Below, piece after piece: positions 38,697 to 49,700 of a DNA stretch of 64,000 bases (its first letter is position 1; every line of letters begins with the position of its first letter). Below the pieces are notes generated by a model, which was not told the origin of the DNA, searched no databases, and saw nothing but the letters and a program-made list of their open reading frames with translations. The stretch is from Stylophora pistillata (Eukaryota), in contig NW_019218169.1 of NCBI RefSeq assembly GCF_002571385.2, forward strand, positions 197,995 to 261,994, read 5' to 3'. The position numbers and the translations under genes were made by a program.

Positions 38697-40457
38697 CTGG
38701 AGTTACAACTGTAGAACATGCTTTTTCCTTGTTACAAGAAACTAAATGATCGCATTAAATTTTTTGCAGCCATGTAAACTGTGTTGTTCAACCATGTGGA
38801 TCAAAGATAAGACCCACAATCTACTCCTCAAAACGCAATTGTTAGTTGTTTTTTCGTTTTGAAATCAACTAAGGCCGTGATAGGCCCACACAATTTACTT
38901 AATCACTTAAACAGCTCAAGAGACCCCGTATCTCACTTTTTTCCACCTCTTAAATGAATATCAAAGCATCGTTCAGAATTGAATTACTTTTTTCAATAAA
39001 ACTTTGAGCACATAATTGGTATAACACCCAAACTGCAAAAGATAATATGAAAACTTATGTGCAAACTAGGAAGTCAAGTTTTTCTCTCCCACATCTGGTA
39101 AACGCAAGGACTTAAAAATTATTCCGTCCCGTCGGGAAATAAGCGGGCAGTGGAAAGAAGATTTGCGCCAAACCATGAACACGTTTAGGAAATATCCCAT
39201 TGTATCGCTCTTATTGTTGTTTTCTTCTAATAAATTGTTGAATTTCTGGGATATCACACACAGTCAGCACAGTTTCGTACAAAAAGTTTTAAAGTATATT
39301 TCAAGTCCATTTTATAATACCAAATATGTAGACTTGGCTGGGAATCGCAAAGTTCTCATCCTACTCTGTTTTCCACCTCGATGGGACACCCTCTCACCAA
39401 TAGTTAGATTGTATTCGTTGTTTAAGAATCAGGACCCCGCACACATAACCGGTTCGGCGGCTCAGAGTTGTTTAAGTCAGACAGAGAACACCTGAGTTCT
39501 CTAATGGCCATAGCAGAAAGGTGTAAGGTTTAGGGGTGGGGTGGCACAGCAGTTACTTGAGTTGGGTTTCTATGAAAACATGCCGAAAGAGGCAAGGCGT
39601 TTTTGGATGGTTTTCAAAATACTTTTAAATTTCATTACCACTACAATTACAGTAAATGTCTTGCACTTATGACTTTTTAATTTATGTTTTGGGCTACAAT
39701 CGAGAAGTTCTTTTACAATGTTTCAGTAAAGTAAAGCTAACAACAGCAGCTAAAGGTTTGTGGGTGACCTTGGTAATTAACCCCAGGGCAGAGATCACAA
39801 GGGAAATTGCATGTTGGGTCTATTTACATAAGCTTAGGTTGAATTTGTAGTGAAGAGAATGGTGAAATCTACCCTTTGTATTAACCATAGTTGCATTCAG
39901 AGGAAAAGACAGCCCTGTGTCTACAACTTATGATACCAATTTACCCATGTAAATTGCCCACTTTTCTTTCACAATCGTTTAGCTAGTTGGCAAACTAAAG
40001 CTTGTGGCATGGGAACATGCAAACATCTGTCATAAATTAAGGTGAAAGCAGACCATTCAACTTTTCAGCAGAAATTGTGTGATTTGGTTGCTCCGAAAGT
40101 TATTCTTAAAGTAAGTACCTGGTTATATCTATTTATTCCTGATACTTCCCTTCAGAATTCAAATAGTCTGCCTCTCAGAACTCTCTTGACGAGGTCCCCA
40201 GTATAAACAATAAAGATTGTTGCCAACACAACTTACAACTGTCATAAAATGGTTCACTATTCTACAAACTAAGCCATGATCATTTCTTCTCTCAAGAAAG
40301 GGGTTTTATGTGGCTCTCTTACACTCTCAACACAACATAACAGTTTGGTAAATTAATTTAGTTCACTGATGTGTTGAGTCCATGTTGATTCTTCTTCTTC
40401 ATCCCTCTGTGACCAGCACCTCAAGTTCATTGAAGAGCAAGCTCATCGGACAGGTTC

Positions 40458-42217
40458 TTAGTAAACTACAGCATTAAGTGGATCAGCACGAATACTACTC
40501 AAATCTAGGTTAGAATCTGCTTCCTCATCTATTTCTCCTATGACAGCACTGAAAACAAATAAATTTCAAGACAGGTTTGATAACTTCATCTGTGCATCAA
40601 TTGGCAGCTTGCACACAAATAAAGCATCAGGCAAAGGATTTTCATTGTGCAGGAGGTTGCACCCTTAATGTCACCACAAGGAACAAACAGTTTGAGGGGT
40701 GGAGGAACTTGTGAGGAGCTTGCAAACTTGTGGAAGGTGCCCAGATTAATAAAACTCTGATAATGACTTTGATCAGGTAATTCAAATTTTATAAAGGCTG
40801 ATAGTTTCTAAAGAAACTGTTTGGGGCTGCGTCAGTGGGGGTAACAAAATAATTTGGATATATCAACAAAGTTGAAATGGTAAATTGACCACTGCAATGA
40901 TTACAAAAGCTGACGTTTCGAGCATTAGCCCTTCGTCAGAGCAAAGGGCTAACGCTCCAAACGTCAGCTTTTGTAATCATTACGGTGGCCAATTTACCAT
41001 TTCAACTACGTTGATATATCCAAATTATTCAAATTTTAATTACTCTTTACAAGATCAGGCCTTTACAACATCAGGCCTTTCCACCTGGAAGATAACCCTA
41101 CAAGATAAAAACTTGAGCAGTAAAAATACTTGTATAGGTAAGCATGGGATAAAGTTTTGTGGAGCCTTGATACTAAAAGTATCAACCTTTAATATGATAA
41201 TTGGCTTACATATTGTCTCCTCTTATGATGTAAAGACCCAGCATTACTTGCTCCACTCCACTCCCTGATGAGAACACTCTCTCATGGCTCTCATCCAAAA
41301 TTAAATTCACTGTCTGATCAAACCCTTTGAGGGTTCCCTGAAACAAGTCAACAAATAATTTCTGTAAAGAATTTTACCTACTCTTGAAAAAAAAAAATTG
41401 CTTCTAGTATAAAAAAGAGATGGTAAGGGTATAATTCGCTCTGACGAAGGGTACAATTCGTTCTGACGAAGGGCTAACGCTCGAAATGTCAGCTTTGAAA
41501 CTCTTTAGGGTGGCCAATTTTCGCCATCAACTCAGTTGATAAAACCCAAATTACCTTGTTTCTCTCACCGGTGGGAGTGCAATAAAACCAAAGCTGAACT
41601 TAACAATGGCAACTGCGATCGAGGACAAAGATACATAGGAGAGAACAAATGAGAACTAAAAGAAAAACAAGAAATATCGGTAGAAGAAGCAGAGGAATCA
41701 ACATCTCAGAAGCCTCGCAGTTCGCCAGTCGCCACCACCTAATGGAGTTATTACTGAAGTTACGATTGGTTTTACACTTTCAAAATACATAAAGTAATTT
41801 ACTGCATAATAATTATATACAAAATCTTACCACAATCATTCTTCCATCTTGTGTAATAACTGCTACGGTATCTATATTCTTGTGTTAAGAATGTATACTT
41901 TAACCCAGATCCAGACTTGCGCGTAAGAATGTACAAAGTGCTTTTCTGCCGAAGATCATCCTGCAGATTTCTCAACGCTGCAAATATTCTGAAACATCCC
42001 GTGCGCACATTGGCTAGGGGAACACGCGCGCTGAACAGAATTCGATGGTAGACTGAAAGTATACCAGATCAATCTGATTCAAACATATGCTACCTGAAAA
42101 AGCTATGTGTATTTTCAACCAGTGCATGGGACTCAAAGTAGATAATTTCGATTCTTAATGGAAGCGATTCAGTTTTCAAAGGATACGATTTACATACGTC
42201 TCCAAAGTTGCCGCCAT
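40458..42217 (-). CDS. LSM8: U6 snRNA-associated Sm-like protein LSm8, 96 aa, 4 exons
   Basis: Exons 42217-42187, 41871-41831, 41337-41210, 40548-40458 give MAATLETYVNHTVAVITQDGRMIVGTLKGFDQTVNLILDESHERVFSSGSGVEQVMLGLYIIRGDNIAVIGEIDEEADSNLDLSSIRADPLNAVVY; absent from the ORF track. Confidence 0.97.
40848..41029. mobile_element. Head-to-head pair of Penelope-like fragments forming a 180-bp palindrome
   Basis: AATAATTTGGATATATCAAC... mirrored by ...GTTGATATATCCAAATTATT; same family at ~34420-34530 and ~41433-41535. Confidence 0.7.
40909..40942 (-). ncRNA. Minimal type I hammerhead ribozyme motif (Penelope-type)
   Basis: Minus strand reads GCU-CUGACGA-A-GGGC-UAAU-GCUC-GAAA-C-GUC-AGC: CUGANGA and GAAA cores, stem II, GUC site, GCU/AGC stem I. 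Confidence 0.6.
41460..41493 (+). ncRNA. Second minimal hammerhead-like motif (variant GAAAUGUC)
   Basis: GTTCTGACGAAGGGCTAACGCTCGAAATGTCAGC, preceded by a partial CTGACGAAGGG duplicate. Confidence 0.45.
41872..42186 (-). other. U12-type (minor spliceosome) GT-AG intron 1 of LSM8
   Basis: 5' site GTATCCTTT; branch point TTCTTAAC about 14 nt before the 3' AG. Confidence 0.9.
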
Positions 42218-42365
42218 GTTGGAATGAGAATAATAGCTTTGTAGCCACTCCGTTTATTCTGGAGTAAAGGAAAGCTGCTGAGCATCCGAGCCTTTCAGTC
42301 ATCCCAGAACGAAGGCATAAACGAGAAGGCGCGATTTGACTTCAAAATTTCCTCTTCAGTTGGCA

Positions 42366-43412
42366 ATGGATGGCAGAAAGTGCTTCAAGTGTGGTAAGAC
42401 GGGTCACTTAAAGAGAGATTGCCCCGAAAAGGCAAGCCATAATTTGCAAAATGTGAAATGTTTTGCTTGTGGAAGGCACGGTCATTTTCGGAAGGACTGT
42501 CCCAACATGCTCACTTCTGAGAATACAGCTGACACCGCATCTGCGAGGCACTCAAAAAACTCTGCAAGTAGCCGGCAAATGGAGTTGCAGTTTCCAGTCA
42601 GCAAATCAATGTTTATTGATACTCACTGTCATTTAGAGTATGTTTTCGAAAGACTTAGACACACAGGAAGTTTGAAAGAGTTCCAGACAAGGTATTCCTT
42701 CCCACCAAATTTTGAGGGTTGCATCACAACATTTTGTGATCCCGCAGCTTTTTCGTCCTTTGGCACTTGGTGTGATGTACTTTCGCAAGAGAATGTTTGG
42801 GGAACATTTGGCTGTCATCCTCATAGTGCCAAATATTACAACGATGACTTGGAAGCCAAAATAATTCAGTGTTTGGATCATCCCAAAGCCATTGCCTTAG
42901 GTGAGGTTGGGCTTGATTACTCTTCACATTGCACATCTCCTCCTGAAGTTCAAAAAGAAGTGTTTACTAGACAAGCCAACTGGGCTGTCACACTAGGAAA
43001 ACCTTTGGTTGTCCATTGTCGTGATGCCGAAGCAGACACACTGGAAATACTTAAATCCTGTCTACCACAAGACTGGAAAATCCATTTGCATTGTTACACT
43101 GGATCAAGTGCATTTGCAACGAAATTTTTCCAACAATTTCCAAACCTTTTCATAGGAATGACAGCAGTGGTTACTTTTGGTAAAGCTACAAATATTCATG
43201 AACTTGCATTTGATGTGCCATTAGAAAAGCTATTACTGGAAACTGATGCACCATATTTTGTTCCATCACAAGTGGCTGATAAGCATAACAAGTTCAGCAA
43301 CCCTGGAATGGCAATATTTACTGCTCAGAGAATTGCAGAAATAAGGGGTGTTGCTTTAGAAGAGGTCCTTGAAACAGTTAGAAAGAACACTGCATATGTT
43401 TATGGTATTTAA
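42366..43412 (+). CDS. TATDN2: TATDN2-like TatD nuclease with two N-terminal CCHC zinc knuckles; intronless CDS
   Basis: CFKCGKTGHLKRDC and CFACGRHGHFRKDC, then FIDTHCHL, WGTFGCHPH, GEVGLDY, VHCR, HCYTG, ETDAPY (all metal ligands intact); first in-frame ATG at 42366. Confidence 0.9.
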   Translation: MDGRKCFKCGKTGHLKRDCPEKASHNLQNVKCFACGRHGHFRKDCPNMLTSENTADTASARHSKNSASSRQMELQFPVSKSMFIDTHCHLEYVFERLRHTGSLKEFQTRYSFPPNFEGCITTFCDPAAFSSFGTWCDVLSQENVWGTFGCHPHSAKYYNDDLEAKIIQCLDHPKAIALGEVGLDYSSHCTSPPEVQKEVFTRQANWAVTLGKPLVVHCRDAEADTLEILKSCLPQDWKIHLHCYTGSSAFATKFFQQFPNLFIGMTAVVTFGKATNIHELAFDVPLEKLLLETDAPYFVPSQVADKHNKFSNPGMAIFTAQRIAEIRGVALEEVLETVRKNTAYVYGI

Positions 43413-43768
43413 TCTGAGAATAGAAATGGTGTGATGTTAATTTAATAGATAGTAATTAATTTAGGTTTTACCACAGCACTTGTGGGGTAAGAGGGATTGA
43501 TCATACACAGAGGAAATTATCTGTTCCTCAACTCAAACTCTTTAAATGTAGCATTCTTTAGCTCTTCTCTTTTAAAGATTGGTAAGAGAATGTGCATTGT
43601 AAAAAATCAAAATCAAACTCAAATATTTTTCCAGTGCATTTTATTGGATACATAACTGAGCTTACATATTTTTAAAATCTACATGTATGCTGTGAATTTT
43701 ATTTTGTATGAAATATTTGACTGTGATCTTTGAAGGTATAGATAAAAAATTTAGGATTTTGGTATTCT

Positions 43769-46602
43769 TTAGGAAGATTTTTTCCTTGCAAATGCCAGGC
43801 CATACTTTAAAACAGGAAGAAATGACAATGCCAATAAAAAACACAATCCAAAGAAATGCTGGTAACCAGTAATATCTACTAGTATCCCAGATAAGGAAAT
43901 CATCAACAATTTGCCCAGCACTTCTGATGTAGCAAGAACAGCACAGTGTGTTGCTTTAGTACCAGGTAAAGAATCTTGTGAACTTTGCATCATGAGTGTG
44001 AATGTTGCTGTTGTGATTATTCCACCACTTAGTTGAATGAAACATTCAATGATTGCAATTCCAGATTTAGTAAATTGTGTTAAGGACAACAACCAAAGTG
44101 AGAGAAGTGGTACGAGTCTTGCATATGAAGTCCATATGAGTACTTCAATCACCCATGACCTTAAATTCAAAATTAAAACAGAGCTTCTTCAATATTGAGT
44201 GCAGTTGATGCAGTGTCTAATACAAAATCAAGTAACTACTATTTATTAATTATTGACCACTTTCAAAAATGGCTGCCGGATTAATATTCTTTTGTTTAAA
44301 TTTAAATTAGCCTTTCTGGCCTTGCTTGAGATGATGTATTCTTTTGAATTTTGTACTGGAAAACGAGGCCAAAAAGGCTAATTCAAATGTAAACAAAAGA
44401 ACATTAATCCAGCAGCCATTTATGAAAGTGGTCAACTGTCTACTTGCAAACTGCAGTAAAAATATACAATTGTTGAAAGTGACTAAGGGCTTTTAACAGA
44501 TAAATGTCTTAAAAAGTTTCTGAAGTCTTGTAGTATGCCATAGTAGAATAATGAATGAAGATAAACACTTTCCTCAACTCTCAAGAATTCATTTCATTTC
44601 CATTCTAATTTTTACATATTACCATAATAGTTACTCTTTGTTTACTGTTGACATACCACTCAATTCCACACATCTGTTTTGATTAATATTTGTTATTTTG
44701 TGACCTTTCTGAGGAGAGTATGTTAGGCATTAATTTTAATGTCCTCTGTCCCCCATAGAGCGAGTCCGAAAAAGGGTGCTTAATATAATTTACCCTGAGG
44801 CTGAGTCATATTCATATGCCTTACAGCTAGGTAAATTAGATAGGCTAGATGACAGAAGAGTAGACCTGTGCTATAAATACGTGGCAAAAATGAAGTCCCC
44901 CAGGCACCCACTGCATCATCTGCTCCCCAGCTCACTCCTACACGCACCTAATTACGACTTACAACACAAAAGTACTATCTCTTCTGAAACATTCAGATAT
45001 GTAGGACAAAGAGAATGGAGGACTTCTTTACATTTAAATATTTTAAATGATTGAATTGTTATTATCATTGTTATAGTCATTACCTTTTAGTTTTTGGATA
45101 ATAGTTGCCTCAAGATTGTAAAATACACTCGATAATTCAGGTCTTTTACTGCCAGAGAGTTTAATAAACTAGTCATTCATTCATTCATTCATTCATTCTT
45201 TGTTGTTACTATAGAATGTCATTCAAATGAGACAGAACATTATACAGATGTTAGTTATAAGTTAAACATTCACAATATACCTGTTTGCATAATGCAGACT
45301 AACAATCCAGCCTCCTAAGGTTGAACCAGCTATTGAGAACAATTGACCAAATATTCCAACTATAACTCCTACTTGTTCTTGAGGGACTCTTTGATCAATC
45401 AGATACAAAGGCAGCATGCTAACAACACCTTGCTCGCCTAATTTGTATGTCATAACACAGAACATCAGCCATGAGAAGTCAACAGTTGTAATAGTAGTTC
45501 TGATATACTGTAGAGGACTAAGCTTGCCACTTGTATTATCATTTGTGACTGAAGTAGATGAACATAACTGATGTCCTTTAATTCCTTGATTCTCTAATGA
45601 AGTTGCTTTTGTTGCTTCATTTTGTAAACAGGTTCTATTGTTAATGTTGATTGATGAGATGATTAATATGACAGTGTAAAAAGAGCCCCAGAGAGTGAAC
45701 AGCCATTCCCAGCTGCAGTATGCACTGAGCCAAGAAAGAATACCTCCACCAAATAATGCACCCACCTTGTAACCAACCACTTGTAGTGTGCTTCCCTTTC
45801 CTGGAAATGGAACAAAATGTTACCCTTGTGACTAGCAGTATTACAACTGGTTGTAGGGGTCTTGTAAGGTCACAAACTGTTCTTGATGACTCAAACAACA
45901 TTTTAACAAATTCAGAAGGATTTTCCTCTAAGGTTACATCCCATATTTACCAAAGAGGGAGGGAGTTCTGTGAGTTACCTTGCATGCACAAATGGAACAA
46001 TACAGGTGACACTTTAACATGTACCACTCAATATGAAAATGTTGTCCTGAACAGTACTCAAAAATTCTTCAAGAAGGCAGTAGTTTAAAGCTAACATTTT
46101 GGAAAGAGACACCAACCTTCTTTCCTAGATCTTGTAAGTGAAAATTCAATTTTATTTCATACTTTTTCAGAATCATTTTGCATTAATTGAACTCTTTAAT
46201 TTAACTTGTCAATGTCTCCTCACCAAGATCTGCAGGTTTTAGCAGGCTAATTGCGTAGGCATCCACTGCAACATCCTGTACAGCAGATGTTACGTTCATC
46301 CATAACACGCAAAAGAGAATTAAATAAGTATTGTATTCTCCAACCCAGGCTGACGTAAAGCAAATCAGGGCCATGGCGAAAGAGCCCAAAGTAATCCAAG
46401 AGTTGAAAGACCATAAATTATCAATCAAAGGGGCTATCATGAATTTGAAGATCCATGGTACACTTAAGAGGCGGCTAAGGCCTACCTTTGACAATGAAAA
46501 GTTATGTTTCCTAAGAAGCAAAGGTAGAAGTTTTACTTGAAAGCCATAAGGCAATCCTTGTCCGAAATATAAAAGAAACAACAAACCATCAAGGTTCGCC
46601 AT
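43769..46602 (-). CDS. MFSD3: Major facilitator superfamily domain-containing protein 3 (AmpG/SLC33-like), 3 exons
   Basis: Exons 46602-46224, 45800-45281, 44159-43769; LYFGQGLPYGFQ, PWIFKFMIAPLID, SAVQDVAVDA, QVVGYKVG, TYKLGEQG, TTATFTLMM, LATSEVLGKL. Confidence 0.9.
44253..44435. mobile_element. Palindromic MITE
   Basis: TTGACCACTTTCAAAAATGGCTGC ... GCAGCCATTTATGAAAGTGGTCAA. Confidence 0.75.
44752..45198 (+). mobile_element. LINE (CR1/L2-like) 3' fragment with (CATT)n tail
   Basis: ERVRKRVLNIIYP...RRVDLC...HPLHHLLP, then AATAAA and (CATT)n. Confidence 0.75.
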
Positions 46603-46771
46603 TTTGAAAAGCGAAAAGGACTTTGTGGCCAGGCCATATGTACACGGAACGGCTCCACAGCCACCAGTTCGAATGTTTTCAACTTGCAAACTTATTTCGC
46701 AAGCTTAATTGTTTTCTTTTCTGCTCCTGGGAATGCGTTACGAACACTACTAGTAAAGACTGGGTTTCATT

Positions 46772-49700
46772 ATGTATTCTTTATCAAGAGTTGCTCTCCG
46801 CAGAAGTCTTCTCCCATGTTATGAAGTGTCAAAACCCTTGAATTCTCTTCTGAGATTTCAGAAAATCGAAGCAGTTTCTGACAGCAGCAGGGATCATGAA
46901 TCCGCAACTCCTGGAGCGAGACCCTTCGAAGACATCCCTGGACGCCCCAAAAACTTAAGATCGATCGCAGAGTCTTACTGGAAAACTAAAGGATTCACTA
47001 AAGGATACAAATTGTGGGATGAACTGTTTCAAAAATATGGCCCCATTTTCAAGGAGTTCGCTGTGATAGGTACACACTCTGTGCACCTTATTGATCCTGT
47101 TGATCAAGAAAAGGCTCTACGTGCTGAAGGAAAATATCCCTCCAGACTAATTGTTGATTTTTGGTTGGAACATCGACAACGAAGAAATTACTTCCCTGGC
47201 ATTGTGCTCTTGTAAGTCACGATTTTTTATGTGTCCAAAACCGTTTTACACTTTGCGTGACATGACGGCGGTATCACCATTTTTGCGTGGTGGAAGGGGG
47301 CCAAGACATGAAGTCTTACTACCAATTAAACAAAACCTAAACAAAGTTTGAGAAAAAATATAGGGTATCTGTCAGACGTTTTCTTAAATTTTGCTGTAGT
47401 TGTATTTATCAAATGCACAGCTGAGTCAGGAGGACAAACAAACACTGACAGAGAAATAGCTGGCGTGATTTAAGAATATTATCTCGCTCAATTAGTTTGC
47501 AACATTTTTTTGTGAATCTGATAGGGAAGGAGAGGAGTGGTACAGAGTGCGACACAGTGTGGCTCCAAAAATAATGCGTCCAAAGATTATGGAGGAGAAC
47601 ATTGATAACTTTACTGCTGTAACAAATGATGCTATTGCAAGGCTTGCCAAACTAAAGGAAGAATGTGGACCTGATGGATACATTCCAGACTTGGAGGAGG
47701 AACTTAGTAAATGGGCTACAGAGAGTAAGTCAATTTAAACTGATTATACTTGAAATAAATGTGAGTGATCTGTGACCTTAAATGTGGTTTAAGTGAAGTT
47801 TCATGGGAAGTAGGAGAGAGATGGTACAACCTCAGCAAAAGTGATCATGGAGCATTTCTTCTTTGCTGACCAGTCATTTTACTCATTACAAGGTTCAGAG
47901 CCATCTAGTAGAGGGCACTGAAATATATGCACAGAAAAGGTTGATCTTCATATGCTGATTACAGTTCAGTGATAAGGAATGTGGGTCACCAGATTTGATT
48001 TTGAGTTCAGGGTTGAGTTCAGAGCCACATAAAGGAAGAGTACAGAGTGTTTCTCAGGGGCTAGCTGTATTGTTGCAAAAACTGGTCACCTAATTTTTTT
48101 AAAAAGAATGCAGGAATATATAGAATTTTCTGATGAATCAAATGTGAATGTGTGGATCAGTTATGATAAAAAAATTGATATTGTACCCAAACATAGATAA
48201 ATGTTACACTTGACTGTCAAAGCTATCAATAAGATGATATCTGCCCCTCTCATCACCAAAGCAAACCTAAGAAAATTGCAAAAAGAGAAAGTCTGGGAAG
48301 GGTTATAAAGCCATCCTATTCCAAATGGGCTGTCACATTTGGCAAAAGCTGACCAGGACCTGGGAATGTGCTTAATATAATATGTGCCTAACAAAATGAG
48401 CTGTGCTCAGCTGCTAGAGGTTGTAAGGTGGATCTGCAAGGCAGAATGGGATCATAGGCTGACCAACTTCTGTAATATGCAGCTACTAGTGATAAAAGCC
48501 ATTTGTGGTAATGAAAAATGTGGCCTTTTTCTCTCATTAATGAGAACATGAAACAATGACAAAAATTGGGCCTTGGGTCATGAGATGGGAAGCGGGATAA
48601 GAGGTGGTGAGGTGGATGTTAGCTGATAGAATGAGACTTTCTCTCAGCAAGATTTTGACCAATGAGTGTTGTTTTTGCTCATGGATTTATTCATTTTAAA
48701 TTTATGTTTTGATTGAAATAGTAATTTAACATTCTCTATATAATTTTTCAAGGTGTGGGAACACTTGCATTTGATTCTCGCCTGGGGCTTTATGAAGACC
48801 CTCCCAAGGAAGAAGCCATGCGATTCATCACAGAGGTTCATAACTTCTTCTCAATCAGCCATAAGTTATTTTTTAGTGTATCAAGGAGAATTGCTAAGAA
48901 CTTCAACATTGATACACCATTACTGAAGAAATTCTTCAAAACTGCTGATGCCCTTATAGAAATTGGGGAAGGTTTTGTGGATAAGAAGATGAGAGAATTA
49001 AAAGAAATGTCAGATAAAGAAATTGACCCCTCTGGCAACACTCAAGGCAAGTATTCAGTTAGATATCTCTTTGAAACTGATTTATGAATGTATATGATTA
49101 TTACATAGTGTTGTATATAAGTCTATGAGTGTGTAATTGAAATAAATGACAACTGCAGCAGTTTGTGTACATTGAACATTATGATTATCTTTGAAATGAT
49201 TTAAAAGAATATAATCACTACTTAATTCCCAACTTTTCTTCAATCATTTTCATCTATCATTGTCTAACTGTCTTTTATTTTCTTGCAGTTGTTCCATTGT
49301 TGACCTACCTGCTCACAAAGAAGGAACTGACTCCTCAAGAGGTTGTGGGTGTTGTTCTTGATGTTGTGGGCGCAGGAGTTGATACAGTTAGTGACATCAT
49401 AATGTTTCTTTCAATTTAACAACATGAGTAGAAAAATGTGAAGTGTTTTCCTGTTGGTAGATATAGTGTTCCTAAGTACTGTTTCCAGGGTTGCTAATAA
49501 GCAACATTAACCCTTCAAATCAGAGGATACAGAATATGAGTACAACTTAATCCTTCAACCCCCAAATTTTATTAACTTGTGACTCATCCAAGCAATTCCT
49601 TCAAGTTGTCCAGAAAACAGGTTATATGCAAACAGACAAGCTCATTGGCTAGGGGTTGTTATCTTGAAATCTCCAATCTGATTAACAAGGAAGTGTGTAG

